From an uncultured virus (IMG/VR IMGVR_UViG_2757320830_000006) (Duplodnaviria; Heunggongvirae; Uroviricota; Caudoviricetes), in IMG/VR virus record IMGVR_UViG_2757320830_000006: a DNA stretch of 20,000 nt. One strand, written 5' to 3'. The translations under genes and the position numbers were made by a program. The notes under the pieces are model-generated. The model saw only the letters and a list, made by a program, of their open reading frames with translations, was not told the origin of the DNA and searched no databases. Shown here piece by piece: positions 1 through 9,644 of the stretch (the first letter of the stretch is position 1; each line of letters starts with the position of its first letter).

Positions 1-1032
1 ACCAAAGGATCCGGCGACGCGAGGATGCAGCCCTTGTTCTTCCTCATCACCACCGCCGGGAACGACACGCACTCCATCTGCTACGAGCAGCATGAGAAGG
101 CACTCGACATCATGAACGGCAGGAAGCACGATCCGACCTTCTACCCGGTCATCTTCGGAGCGGACGAGTCCGAGGACTGGACGGACCCGAAGGTCTGGAA
201 GAAAGCGAACCCGAGCCTCGGCATCACGGTCGGCATCGACAAGGTCAAGGCGGCCTGCGAGAGCGCGAAGCAAAACCCCGGCGAGGAGAACGCCTTCCGG
301 CAGCTCCGCCTCAACCAGTGGGTGAAGCAGTCCGTCCGCTGGATGCCGATGGACAAATGGGACGCCTGCGACTTCCCGGTGAACGAGGACGACCTTGAGG
401 GCCGCGTCTGCTACGGAGGGCTCGACCTTTCCAGCACGACCGACATCACCGCCTTCGTCCTCGTGTTCCCTCCGCAGGACGATGACGACAGGTATGCGAT
501 CCTCCCGTACTTCTGGGTTCCCGAGGACACGCTCGACCTCCGGGTCCGCCGCGACCACGTCCCCTACGACCTCTGGGAGAAACAGGGCGTCATCCAGACC
601 ACGGAGGGAAACGTCATCCACTACGGCTATATCGAGAAGTTCATCGAACGCCTCGGCGAGCGGTTCAACATCCGCGAGATCGCCTTCGACCGATGGGGAG
701 CCGTCCAGATGGTGCAGAACCTCGAAGGCATGGGCTTCACCGTCGTCCCGTTCGGACAGGGCTTCAAGGACATGAGCCCGCCCACCAAGGAGCTCATGAA
801 GCTCGTCCTTGAGAAGCGCATCGCGCACGGCGGGCATCCGGTCCTCCGCTGGATGATGGACAACATCTACATCCGCACCGACCCCGCCGGGAACATCAAG
901 GCCGACAAGGAGAAATCCACGGAGAAGATCGACGGCGCGATCGCCACCATCATGGCCCTCGACCGCGCGATCCGCATGGGTAACGACAATGCCGAGTCCG
1001 TCTATGACAGCCGCGGCATTCTTTTTATCTGA
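1..1032 (+). CDS. terL: Terminase large subunit, 5'-truncated by the window edge
   Basis: Frame is open from base 1 (TKGSGDARMQPLFFLITTAG), so the ATG at 25 is internal. ITTAG coupling motif, nuclease motifs GGLDLSSTTD and KIDGAIA; directly upstream of the portal. Confidence 0.95.
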   Translation, partial: TKGSGDARMQPLFFLITTAGNDTHSICYEQHEKALDIMNGRKHDPTFYPVIFGADESEDWTDPKVWKKANPSLGITVGIDKVKAACESAKQNPGEENAFRQLRLNQWVKQSVRWMPMDKWDACDFPVNEDDLEGRVCYGGLDLSSTTDITAFVLVFPPQDDDDRYAILPYFWVPEDTLDLRVRRDHVPYDLWEKQGVIQTTEGNVIHYGYIEKFIERLGERFNIREIAFDRWGAVQMVQNLEGMGFTVVPFGQGFKDMSPPTKELMKLVLEKRIAHGGHPVLRWMMDNIYIRTDPAGNIKADKEKSTEKIDGAIATIMALDRAIRMGNDNAESVYDSRGILFI

Positions 1033-1052
1033 AACACACGGAGGACAAGCCT

Positions 1053-2393
1053 ATGAGCATATTCAAGGGAATATTCAAAAGCCGCGACAAGCCAAAGGAC
1101 TCCACCGCCGGAAGCAGCTACCGCTTCTTCTTCGGAGGCACCACCTCCGGCAAGACGGTGACGGAACGCTCCGCCATGCAGATGACAGCGGTCTACTCCT
1201 GCGTCCGGATCCTGTCCGAGGCGATCGCGGGACTCCCGCTGCACCTGTACCGCTACACGGAAAACGGCAGCAAGGAGAAAGCCATCGACCACCCGCTCTA
1301 CGAGCTTTTGCATGACGAGCCGAACCCCGAGATGACGAGCTTCGTCTTGCGGGAAACGCTCATGACGCACCTGCTCCTGTGGGGCAATGCCTACGCGCAG
1401 ATCATCCGAAACGGCAAGGGCGAGGTCGTCGCGCTCTACCCGCTCATGCCAAACCGCATGACCGTCGACCGGGACGAGAACGGGCACCTCTACTACGAAT
1501 ACCAGACCTCGCAGGACGAGGCTCACACGATGAACGGGAGCCTCGTCAGGCTCTCACCTTACGACGTGCTCCACATCCCCGGTCTCGGCTTCGACGGGCT
1601 CGTCGGCTACTCGCCCATCGCGATGGCCAAAAACTCGATCGGCATGTCGATTGCCTGCGAGGAGTACGGCGCGAAGTTCTTCGCAAACGGCGCGACGCCC
1701 GGCGGAATCCTCGAACACCCCGGCGTGGTGAAGGACCCGGAAAGGGTCCGGGAAAGCTGGAACACGGCCTTCGGCGGCTCCGCCAACTCCAACAAAGTGG
1801 CGGTCCTCGAGGAAGGCATGAAATACACACCGATCAGCATCAGCCCGGAGCAGGCACAGTTCCTCGAGACACGGAAATTCCAGATCGACGAGATCGCGAG
1901 GATCTTCCGCATCCCGCCCCACATGATCGGCGACCTTGAGAAAAGCTCGTTCAGCAACATCGAGCAGCAGTCCCTGGAATTCGTGAAATACACGCTCGAC
2001 CCGTGGGTCTCCCGCTGGGAGCAGTCCATGCGTAGAGCGCTCCTCCGCCCCGAGGAGAAGAAGGAATACTTCTTCAAATTCAACGTGGACGGGCTTCTCA
2101 GAGGCGACTACCAGAGCCGCATGAACGGATACGCGACTGCACGCCAGAACGGATGGATGTCTGCGAACGACATCCGCGAGCTCGAAAACCTCGACCGCAT
2201 CCCCGCCGAGGAAGGCGGGGACCTGTACCTCATCAACGGCAACATGACCAAGCTCGAGGACGCCGGGATCTTCGCCGCCACGGCACCGCAGGAAACTGAG
2301 GAACCCGACAGAACACAGGAAGAACAGACAGAAGAACCACAGGAACAATCGGAGTCCGATAACCGGCTCCGGGGAAGGAGGAAAACCCTATGA
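1053..2393 (+). CDS. Phage portal protein, HK97 family
   Basis: GGAGG at 1040-1044. Motifs AVYSCVRILSEAIAGLPL, LLLWGNAY, GFDGLVGYSPI, QFLETRKFQIDEIARIFRIPP; acidic low-complexity C-terminal tail. Confidence 0.95.
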   Translation: MSIFKGIFKSRDKPKDSTAGSSYRFFFGGTTSGKTVTERSAMQMTAVYSCVRILSEAIAGLPLHLYRYTENGSKEKAIDHPLYELLHDEPNPEMTSFVLRETLMTHLLLWGNAYAQIIRNGKGEVVALYPLMPNRMTVDRDENGHLYYEYQTSQDEAHTMNGSLVRLSPYDVLHIPGLGFDGLVGYSPIAMAKNSIGMSIACEEYGAKFFANGATPGGILEHPGVVKDPERVRESWNTAFGGSANSNKVAVLEEGMKYTPISISPEQAQFLETRKFQIDEIARIFRIPPHMIGDLEKSSFSNIEQQSLEFVKYTLDPWVSRWEQSMRRALLRPEEKKEYFFKFNVDGLLRGDYQSRMNGYATARQNGWMSANDIRELENLDRIPAEEGGDLYLINGNMTKLEDAGIFAATAPQETEEPDRTQEEQTEEPQEQSESDNRLRGRRKTL

Positions 2394-3124
2394 CAAGAAA
2401 ATTCTGGCGATGGGCGCGAAACGAGACCCCGGACGGCTTCGGATCCGACCGCACGCTCTACCTCGAAGGGGAGATCTCCGATGAGACCTGGTACGGCGAC
2501 GAGATCACCCCACGGGCCTTCAAGGACGAGCTCAACTCCGGCAAGGGCGACATCACCCTCTGGATCAACTCGCCCGGCGGGGACGTCTTCGCAGCCGCGC
2601 AGATCTACAACATGCTCATGGACTACCCGTACGACGTGACCGTCAAGATCGACGCGCTCGCGGCATCCGCGGCATCCGTCATCGCGATGGCCGGTACAAG
2701 GGTCTGCATGAGCCCCGTCGCGATGCTCATGGTGCACAACCCCGCGACCATCGCGATCGGCGACAGCGAGGAGATGCAGAAAGCCATCGACATGCTTTCC
2801 GAGGTCAAGGAAAGCATCATGAACGCCTACGAGCTCAAGTCCGGGCTGTCCCGGAACAAGATCTCGAAGCTCATGGACGCCGAGACCTGGATGAACGCCA
2901 GGGAAGCGAAGAAGCTCGGATTCGCGGACGAGATCCTCTTCTCGGACGGCACCGAGCCAGCCGAGGAGGACGGCACGGAGATCGAGATGCTCTTCTCACG
3001 GAAGGCCGTCACCGACTCGCTTCTCTCCAGGCTCATCCCGAAACGCGCACCCGCGCAGAAAGATACGAAACCGGCCGTCAAGGCCGCCGACCTCAGGAAG
3101 CGCCTGTCGCTTCTCAGCCACTGA
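2390..3124 (+). CDS. ClpP-like (S14) prohead maturation protease
   Basis: INSPGGDVF, catalytic-Ser motif LAASAASVIAMAG, MVHNP, ETWMNAREAKKLGFAD; located between portal and capsid. Confidence 0.93.
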   Translation: MTRKFWRWARNETPDGFGSDRTLYLEGEISDETWYGDEITPRAFKDELNSGKGDITLWINSPGGDVFAAAQIYNMLMDYPYDVTVKIDALAASAASVIAMAGTRVCMSPVAMLMVHNPATIAIGDSEEMQKAIDMLSEVKESIMNAYELKSGLSRNKISKLMDAETWMNAREAKKLGFADEILFSDGTEPAEEDGTEIEMLFSRKAVTDSLLSRLIPKRAPAQKDTKPAVKAADLRKRLSLLSH

Positions 3125-3145
3125 AACGAAATGGAGGAATCCGAA

Positions 3146-4351
3146 ATGACCAAGATCATGGACCTTATGGAAAAAAGAGCCAAGGCGTGGGACGCCGCGA
3201 AGAACTTCCTCGACACCCACTCCACGGGCGGCGGCAACGTGTCCGCGGAGGACGCCGCCACCTATGACAGGATGGAGAAGGAGGTCACCGACCTCACGCA
3301 CGACATCGAGCGCCTGCAGCGTCAGGAGCAGATCGACAAGATGCTCTCCCAGCCGACCTCTGCGCCGCTTACCGGGAAACCGGGCGCAAAGGCCGAGCCG
3401 GACGACAAGCCGGGCATCGCGTCCAAGGCGTACAAGACCGCGTTCTGGGACAGCATCCGCAAGCGCAACTGGTACGACGTCAAGAACGTCCTCGAGGCCG
3501 GGACCGACGCGAACGGCGGCTACCTCGTCCCGGACGAGTACGAGAGGCAGCTCGTGCAGGCGCTGACCGACGAGAACTTCTTCCGCTCCCTCGCCCACGT
3601 CATCCAGACCGACAGCGGGACGCACACCATCCCGATCGTCGCATCCCACGGGACGGCAAGCTGGATGGAGGAGAACGGCCTGTACCCGGAATCCGACGAG
3701 ACCTTCGACCAGATCACGCTCTCCGCGTACAAGCTCGGCACCGCCATCAAGGTTTCCGAGGAGCTGATGAACGACTCCGTCTTCGACCTAGAGAGCTACA
3801 TCTCCACCGAGTTCGCACGGCGCATCGGTGCCGCCGAGGAGGAGGCGTTCCTCGTCGGCGACGGCCAGAAGAAGCCTGAGGGCGTCTTCACCAAGGTCAA
3901 GGCGACCGATGGCGCGACCACGGAGATCGCGAACACGAACCTCACCTTCGACCAGATCATGGACGTGTTCCACTCCCTGAGAAGCGTGTACCGCAACCGC
4001 GCGGTCTGGATCCTGAACGACTCAACCGTCAAGGCGCTGCGCAAGATCAAGGACGGCAACGGGAACTACATCTGGCAGCCGAGCGTGGTCGCAGGCCAGC
4101 CGGACACCATCCTCAACCGCCCGTACAGGACGAGCATCTACGCGCCGGAACTGGCGGCCGGGAACGTGCCGATCCTGTTCGGCGACTTCTCCTACTACTG
4201 GATCGCCGACCGCCAGGGACGCTCCTTCAAGCGCCTGTCCGAACTGTACGCGGCGAACGGGCAGATCGGCTTCCTCGCCTCCGAAAGGGTCGACGGCAAG
4301 CTCATCCTGCCTGAGGCCGTGCGCGGCCTTTCCGTCAAGGCATCCGCCTGA
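3146..4351 (+). CDS. Major capsid protein, HK97 fold, with N-terminal coiled-coil scaffold (delta) segment
   Basis: GGAGG at 3133-3137 favours ATG 3146 over 3131. Motifs GGYLVPDEY, VSEELMNDS, GDGQKKPEG, KDGNGNYIWQP, FGDFSYY, ERVDGKL. Confidence 0.95.
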   Translation: MTKIMDLMEKRAKAWDAAKNFLDTHSTGGGNVSAEDAATYDRMEKEVTDLTHDIERLQRQEQIDKMLSQPTSAPLTGKPGAKAEPDDKPGIASKAYKTAFWDSIRKRNWYDVKNVLEAGTDANGGYLVPDEYERQLVQALTDENFFRSLAHVIQTDSGTHTIPIVASHGTASWMEENGLYPESDETFDQITLSAYKLGTAIKVSEELMNDSVFDLESYISTEFARRIGAAEEEAFLVGDGQKKPEGVFTKVKATDGATTEIANTNLTFDQIMDVFHSLRSVYRNRAVWILNDSTVKALRKIKDGNGNYIWQPSVVAGQPDTILNRPYRTSIYAPELAAGNVPILFGDFSYYWIADRQGRSFKRLSELYAANGQIGFLASERVDGKLILPEAVRGLSVKASA

Positions 4352-4369
4352 TCCGCGCATTGAACACAC

Positions 4370-4398
4370 GGGCATCCCCGGTTCTCCCGGAGGTGCCC
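4370..4398 (+). promoter_or_regulatory. GC-rich hairpin after the capsid gene (weak terminator/attenuator or mRNA-stability element)
   Basis: GGGCATC-C-CCGG-ttctc-CCGG-A-GGTGCCC pairs with one G-U and one mismatch. It is followed by TTCCCCTTT, a poor U-tract. Confidence 0.5.
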
Positions 4399-4420
4399 TT
4401 CCCCTTTATGGAGGTGCCTT

Positions 4421-4708
4421 ATGGAAGTGACGCTTGACGAAGCGAAAACCTATCTCAGGGTCAGTTCCTCCGACGAGGACGAGCTGATCAAGAGCCTCAT
4501 CACGACCGCGACGGAGATGGTGCAGGACATCGCCCGTTTCTCCGACGAGGAACGGGAGGCGAGCGAGGAAAGGATCCTCATCCGCATGCGCATCGCCATC
4601 CTCTACACCGTGGCGTACCTCTACGAGCACCGGGAGGAGGCGGACCACAACCAGCTGAACCTCACGCTCCGCGCGCTGCTCTTCGGCGTCAGGAAGGAGG
4701 GCTTCTGA
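4421..4708 (+). CDS. Head-tail connector protein (gp6-like)
   Basis: GGAGGT RBS at 4410. VTLDEAKTYLRV..DEDELIKSLI and AILYTVAYLYEHREE pattern; directly after the capsid. Confidence 0.9.
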   Translation: MEVTLDEAKTYLRVSSSDEDELIKSLITTATEMVQDIARFSDEEREASEERILIRMRIAILYTVAYLYEHREEADHNQLNLTLRALLFGVRKEGF

Positions 4709-5040
4709 TGAACATCGCCGCGCTCCGCGTCCCCGTGACCTTCCAGAAGAACGCGGTCACGGTCGACAAGTACGGGAACCACATCTCGGCATGGACGGAC
4801 TACTTCACGTGCCATGCCACCATCGGCACGCAGACCGGCACCGAGTCGAGCGGCGAGATCATCAGCCCCGAGGAGTCCCTCGACTTCACCTGCCGCTGGT
4901 GCTCCGAGCTCGCCGTGGTCGAATCCACGAAATACCGGATCCTCGCGGAAGGCAAGACCTACAACATCACCTACGTGAACCCGATGGGATACAAACGCAA
5001 CTCGATCAAATTCAACTGCAGGCTGGAGAAAGGCACATGA
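4708..5040 (+). CDS. Head-tail adaptor / head closure protein (SPP1 gp16-like)
   Basis: LRVPVTFQ..VDKYGN..W, KYRILAEGKTYNI pattern; position; TGATG coupling. Confidence 0.85.
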   Translation: MNIAALRVPVTFQKNAVTVDKYGNHISAWTDYFTCHATIGTQTGTESSGEIISPEESLDFTCRWCSELAVVESTKYRILAEGKTYNITYVNPMGYKRNSIKFNCRLEKGT

Positions 5041-5417
5041 GCAGGAACACGTCGATCGACGACATGGACTCCGCCATCATGACGGAGCTTGAGAAATACG
5101 CGGACCTCGCGGCGGACGACCTGAAGGACGCCGTGAAGGAAACGGCGAAATCCGTCCGCAAGGACATCCAAGACAACGCCCCGGTGGACACGGGGAAATA
5201 CAAGAAATCGTGGTCCGTGAAGAACGTCCACGAGGACTCCGAATCCATCGACCTCGTCGTGCACTCGAGGAACCGCTACCAGATCGCCCACCTGCTCGAA
5301 CACGGGCACGCCAAGCGCGGCGGCGGAAGGGTCGCCGCACGGCCCCACATCGCAAGCGCCGAGCAGCGCGGCAGCGAGAAGCTCGTCGAGGCCATCGAAA
5401 GCAAGCTGAAAGGATGA
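5037..5417 (+). CDS. HK97 gp10-family neck/tail protein (126 aa)
   Basis: Real start is the ATGA overlap at 5037, not the ORF-track 4791. Motifs APVDTGKYKKSW, AHLLEHGH, ARPHI. Confidence 0.88.
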   Translation: MSRNTSIDDMDSAIMTELEKYADLAADDLKDAVKETAKSVRKDIQDNAPVDTGKYKKSWSVKNVHEDSESIDLVVHSRNRYQIAHLLEHGHAKRGGGRVAARPHIASAEQRGSEKLVEAIESKLKG

Positions 5418-5423
5418 CATCCC

Positions 5424-5750
5424 ATGACATTCGAGGAAACGAAATCGATGATCGAGGAGACCGGGCTCCCCGTCGCCTACGACCACTTCGCGGAAGGCGA
5501 GTCCCCGGACCCGCCCTTCATCTGCTTCCTTTTCCCGGGAAGCGACAACCTGTTTGCGGACAACACGGTCTTCCAGAAGATCGACGAACTCAATGTCGAG
5601 CTCTACACGGACAGGAAGGATCCTGATATGGAAACCCGGATCGAGGACATCCTCAACTCGCATGAGCTCCCCTTCGAAAAATCGGAGGTGTGGATCGCGG
5701 AGGAACGGATGAACGAGGTCCTGTACCAGACACAGATCATAGGAGGTTAA
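5424..5750 (+). CDS. Putative tail completion/terminator protein
   Basis: 108 aa; GLPVAYDHF..PPFI..FADN..ELYTDRKD; immediately upstream of the major tail protein. Confidence 0.72.
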   Translation: MTFEETKSMIEETGLPVAYDHFAEGESPDPPFICFLFPGSDNLFADNTVFQKIDELNVELYTDRKDPDMETRIEDILNSHELPFEKSEVWIAEERMNEVLYQTQIIGG

Positions 5751-5755
5751 CAGAT

Positions 5756-6361
5756 ATGGCTAACAAGAAAAACAAGGTCAAGTTCGGCCTCAAGAACTGC
5801 CACTACGCGATCGCGACGCTCGCCGAGGACGGCACGGTCACGTTCGGCACACCCGTCGCCATGCCCGGCGCGGTATCGCTCTCCCTTGACGCGGAGGGCG
5901 ACAATGACCCGTTCTACGCGGATGACTCCGTGTATTACATGGTCTCGAACAACAACGGATACTCCGGCGACTTCGAGCTTGCCCTCATCCCGGAGAGCTT
6001 CCTCACGGACGTGATGCACGAGACGGAGGACGCAAACGGTGTCATCGCCGAGAACAAGGACGTGGAGCCGGAGCATTTCGCGCTCCTTTTCGAGTTCTCC
6101 GGCGACCAGCGGAAGATCCGCCACTGCATGTACTACTGCTCGGCGATCCGCCCGTCTGTGTCCAGCTCCACGAAGGAGGACTCCACGGAGGTGCAGACGG
6201 AGACCCTCTCCCTCACCGTGTCCCCGCTTCCGTCCGGGCTCGTGAAGGTCAAGACCGGCACGAACACTACCGACGCGGTGTACAACGCATGGTACGACAA
6301 GGTCTACGAGCCTTCGGCAAGTGCAACGGCATCCTCGTCCACGAGCGGCGCAAGTGAGTGA
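5756..6361 (+). CDS. Major tail protein (phi13-like family)
   Basis: AGGAGG at 5741 supports ATG 5756. NKVKFGLKNCHYA, PGAVSLSL, FYADD, GYSGDFELA, FALLFEF; Ser/Thr/Ala-rich C-terminus. Confidence 0.9.
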   Translation: MANKKNKVKFGLKNCHYAIATLAEDGTVTFGTPVAMPGAVSLSLDAEGDNDPFYADDSVYYMVSNNNGYSGDFELALIPESFLTDVMHETEDANGVIAENKDVEPEHFALLFEFSGDQRKIRHCMYYCSAIRPSVSSSTKEDSTEVQTETLSLTVSPLPSGLVKVKTGTNTTDAVYNAWYDKVYEPSASATASSSTSGASE

Positions 6362-6372
6362 GGTGAACGGTT

Positions 6373-6750
6373 ATGGCAGTGACAAAGACCATCGACCTTG
6401 ACGGCAGACAGGTGACGTTCCGCGCGTCCGCCGCGATCCCGAGACTCTACAGGAACAAGTTCCATCGGGACATCTACCGTGACCTGAACGAACTGCAGAA
6501 AGGCATCGACGAAAACGACGCTGAGAACTCCAGCCTCGACACGTTCAGTCTCGAACTGTTCGAGAACATCGCGTGGCTCATGGCTAAGCACGCGGACAAG
6601 ACCGTGCCGGACACCCCGGAGGAATGGCTGGACGAATTTAATACATTCTCGATCTACGAGATTCTCCCGCAGATCATCGAGCTGTGGGGACTCAATACCG
6701 AGCAGCAGGTGCCCGTTAAAAAAAACAGCATGCGACAGAGCGGGAAATGA
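6373..6750 (+). CDS. Tail assembly chaperone (lambda gpG analogue)
   Basis: 125 aa between major tail and TMP genes; ends ...PVKKN.. across an A8 run. Confidence 0.85.
   Translation: MAVTKTIDLDGRQVTFRASAAIPRLYRNKFHRDIYRDLNELQKGIDENDAENSSLDTFSLELFENIAWLMAKHADKTVPDTPEEWLDEFNTFSIYEILPQIIELWGLNTEQQVPVKKNSMRQSGK
6720..6726 (+). promoter_or_regulatory. -1 programmed ribosomal frameshift slippery heptamer A AAA AAC
   Basis: X XXY YYZ heptamer correctly phased in the chaperone frame; the -1 frame stays open to TAA at 6909-6911. Confidence 0.82.
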
Positions 6751-6911
6751 CGACCCCGCTCTTCCTGCTCCGCTGCGTGCAGATCGGGCTTTCCATCTCG
6801 GAACTCGACCTTCTGACGATCGGAACCGTCAACGACATGTATGCCGAGATGAGCAACGACGACTATGACTATGCCGAGATCGCAACGCAGGAGCAGATGG
6901 ACAGATTCTAA
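6747..6911 (+). CDS. Tail assembly chaperone extension (gpT analogue), 54 aa; probably made mainly as a ~179-aa frameshift fusion 6373-6911
   Basis: Missing from the ORF track (<60 aa). Hand translation: MTTPLFLLRCVQIGLSISELDLLTIGTVNDMYAEMSNDDYDYAEIATQEQMDRF. Lies in the -1 frame and fills the gap to the TMP gene. Confidence 0.85.
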   Translation: MTTPLFLLRCVQIGLSISELDLLTIGTVNDMYAEMSNDDYDYAEIATQEQMDRF

Positions 6912-6926
6912 GGAAGGAGGCAGCGT

Positions 6927-9644
6927 ATGGCTGACAGAATCAAAGGCATCACAGTCGAGATCGGCGGCGATACGACCGGCCTCTCGAAGGCGCTGTCCGG
7001 TGTCAACAAGGAAATCCGAAGCACACAGTCGCAGCTCAAGGACGTGAACAAGCTCCTCAAGCTCGACCCGACCAACTCCGAGCTCATCGCCCAGAAGCAG
7101 AAACTCCTCTCACAGGCGGTGATGGAGACCAAGGACAAGCTCACACAGCTCAAGTCCGTGCAGGACCAGATGGACGAGGGCCTCAAAAGCGGCAGCGTCA
7201 CACAGGAGCAGTACGACGCATGGCAGCGTGAGATCATCGCGACCGAACAGGAACTCAAGAACCTCGAAAAGGAAGCGAAGAACACCGACTCCTCCATCTC
7301 CGCCACCCTGAAGGAGACCGGCTCCACGATGCAGGAGGTCGGAGGCAGGATCAGCGGAGTCGGAGAATCCCTCTCCAAGGGTGTGACCGCGCCCATCGCC
7401 GCCATAGGAGCTGCCTCCCTTGCCGCGTTCAGCGAGGTGGATTCCGGCCTTGATATCGTGACGCAGAAGACCGGCGCGTCCGGTCAGGCGCTCGAAGAGA
7501 TGCAGCAGAGCGTCAAGAACCTCGCGACGCGGATTCCTACGGATTTTGAAACTGCGGGCGCTGCCGTCGGCGAGGTCAACACGAGGTTCGGGCTGACCGG
7601 GCAGGCGCTGGAGGATCTGTCCGGCAAGTTCATCAAGTTCGCGCAGCTCAACGACACGGACGTGTCCACCTCCGTCGGCAACGTCTCCTCCGTCCTGAAC
7701 GCCTTCGGGCAGTCCACGGACGACGCGGGCGATCTCCTTGACGCGCTCAACGCCACCGGGCAGGCGACCGGGATCTCCATGGACACGCTGGCGAACGACC
7801 TGTCCCAGAACGCCGCGCAGTTCAAGGAGATGGGCCTTACCGCCCAGCAGGCCGCAGGATTCATGGGCATGGTCGAGATGTCCGGCCTTGACACTTCCAC
7901 CGCGATGGCCGGTCTCAAGAAGGCCATGAAGAACGCTGCGGACGACGGCATGACCCTCGACGACGCGCTCAAGGGCTTCTCCGACACGATGAGCTCCAAC
8001 AAATCGGACACCGAGAAGCTGCAGGCAGCCTACGACCTGTTCGGAAGCAAGGCAGGCGCAGCCTTCTACAACGCCGTGCAAAGCGGGAAACTCAACCTCG
8101 GCGACCTGTCCGGCACGCTCGGCGACTTCTCCGGCAGCGTGGAGAACACCTTCAGCGAGACGCTAGACCCGATCGACCAGTTCCAGATGACCCTGAACTC
8201 CCTGAAGGAAGTCGGGGCCGACATTGGGAACAGCCTCGCGACCGTCCTCCAGCCCGTCCTGCAGGACATGTCCGCCGCGCTCCAGAAGTTCGCGGACGTC
8301 TGGAACTCCATCCCCGGGCCCGTGCAGGAGACCATCGTTAAGATCGCCCTCATCGCCGCAGCCGTGGGGCCCGTGCTCATCGTCATCGGAAAGCTGATCA
8401 CATCGGTGGGGACGATCCTCACCGTCATCCCGAAGGTCACGACGGCGATCACCGCGATGAAAACCGTCATGACGGGACTCAATGCGACCATGGCCGCGAA
8501 CCCGATCGGGCTTATCATCACAGCCATCGGTCTTCTCGTCGCAGCGTTCCTCTACCTGTGGAATAACTGCGAGAGCTTCCGGGACTTCTGGACCGGCCTC
8601 TGGGACAACATCAAGCAGGTCGCTGTCACGGTGTTCACCGCGATCAGGGACTTCTTCACGACGATCTGGACGGCGATCGCGGGCGTTTTCACCACCGCCG
8701 TGAACGGAATCAGCACGTTCCTCTCCGGTGCGTGGAACGGCATCAGGACCGTCGTCGAAACCGTCATGAACGATATCAGCACCGTGATCCAGACCATCTG
8801 GAACGGCATCACGTCGTTCTTCACGACCATCTTCACGGCGATCCAGACCGTGGTGACGACCTACTTCAACATCTACAAGACCGTCATCACCACCGTTCTC
8901 ACCGCCATCCAGACCGTGGTCAGCACCATCTGGAACGCGATCAAAACCGTGATCACCACAGTCGTGACAGCGATCGGCACAGCCGTATCCACCGCATGGA
9001 ACGCCATAAAAACCACGACCAGCACGATATTCAACGGCGTGAAATCCGTCGTGACGTCGATCTGGAACGGAATCAAGTCTGCTGTGATGACGGTCGTGAA
9101 CGCCATGAAGAGCGGCATCACCGGCGCGTTCAACGCGATCAAGAGCACGATCTCCGGAATCCTGAACGGCATCAAGGGGACGTTCTCCTCTGTGTTCAAC
9201 GGCATCTGGAGCTTCGTTTCCGGGATCGTCGGGAAACTCAAGAGCGTCTTCAACTTCAAATGGAGCCTGCCGAAGATCAAGCTCCCGCACTTCTCCATAA
9301 CCGGCAGCTTCAGCCTGAACCCGCCGAGCATCCCGCACTTCTCCGTCTCCTGGTACAAGAAGGCGATGGAAGGCGGCATGATCCTGAAGGACGCGACGAT
9401 CTTCGGACAGTCGAATGGCACGCTCCTTGGCGGAGGCGAGGCCGGGGACGAGGCCGTCGTCGGCACAGGATCGCTTCGCTCCATGATCCGCGACGCCGTA
9501 AGCGACGTCTCCACCGGAAACAACGGCCCGCTCATCAACATCGAGACGATGAGCGTCAGGAACGACGACGACATACGCAGAATCTCCCAGCAGCTCAACA
9601 CGCTGCTCGTGGGAAGCCGCCGCGCGAAAGGAACGGTGATCTAA
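6927..9644 (+). CDS. Tail tape measure protein (905 aa)
   Basis: IKGITVEIGGDTTGL N-terminus, long Ala/Gly-rich helical body, hydrophobic segment, W/F-spaced repeats, C-terminal GGGEAGDEAVV. Confidence 0.95.
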   Translation: MADRIKGITVEIGGDTTGLSKALSGVNKEIRSTQSQLKDVNKLLKLDPTNSELIAQKQKLLSQAVMETKDKLTQLKSVQDQMDEGLKSGSVTQEQYDAWQREIIATEQELKNLEKEAKNTDSSISATLKETGSTMQEVGGRISGVGESLSKGVTAPIAAIGAASLAAFSEVDSGLDIVTQKTGASGQALEEMQQSVKNLATRIPTDFETAGAAVGEVNTRFGLTGQALEDLSGKFIKFAQLNDTDVSTSVGNVSSVLNAFGQSTDDAGDLLDALNATGQATGISMDTLANDLSQNAAQFKEMGLTAQQAAGFMGMVEMSGLDTSTAMAGLKKAMKNAADDGMTLDDALKGFSDTMSSNKSDTEKLQAAYDLFGSKAGAAFYNAVQSGKLNLGDLSGTLGDFSGSVENTFSETLDPIDQFQMTLNSLKEVGADIGNSLATVLQPVLQDMSAALQKFADVWNSIPGPVQETIVKIALIAAAVGPVLIVIGKLITSVGTILTVIPKVTTAITAMKTVMTGLNATMAANPIGLIITAIGLLVAAFLYLWNNCESFRDFWTGLWDNIKQVAVTVFTAIRDFFTTIWTAIAGVFTTAVNGISTFLSGAWNGIRTVVETVMNDISTVIQTIWNGITSFFTTIFTAIQTVVTTYFNIYKTVITTVLTAIQTVVSTIWNAIKTVITTVVTAIGTAVSTAWNAIKTTTSTIFNGVKSVVTSIWNGIKSAVMTVVNAMKSGITGAFNAIKSTISGILNGIKGTFSSVFNGIWSFVSGIVGKLKSVFNFKWSLPKIKLPHFSITGSFSLNPPSIPHFSVSWYKKAMEGGMILKDATIFGQSNGTLLGGGEAGDEAVVGTGSLRSMIRDAVSDVSTGNNGPLINIETMSVRNDDDIRRISQQLNTLLVGSRRAKGTVI
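8580..9260 (+). repeat. Degenerate ~11-aa (33-bp) repeats in the tape measure protein
   Basis: Recurring IWNGI / AWNAI / IFNGV / VFNGI units at 11/22-residue spacing; DNA repeats such as atctggaacg. Boundaries approximate. Confidence 0.8.

Noticed and set aside
1030..1041. AACACACGG shared by the intergenic gaps after terL (1033) and the capsid gene (4363)
   Set aside because: Only two 9-bp copies were seen; chance cannot be excluded.
2285..2355. CAGGAA/GAAGAAC repeats at the portal 3' end
   Set aside because: They simply encode a low-complexity Glu/Gln/Thr tail; not an array.
6310..6372. Frameshift-extended major tail protein with an Ig-like domain
   Set aside because: The Ser/Thr-rich tail looks like a linker, but the chaperone gene starts 12 nt after the stop, leaving no room for an extra domain.
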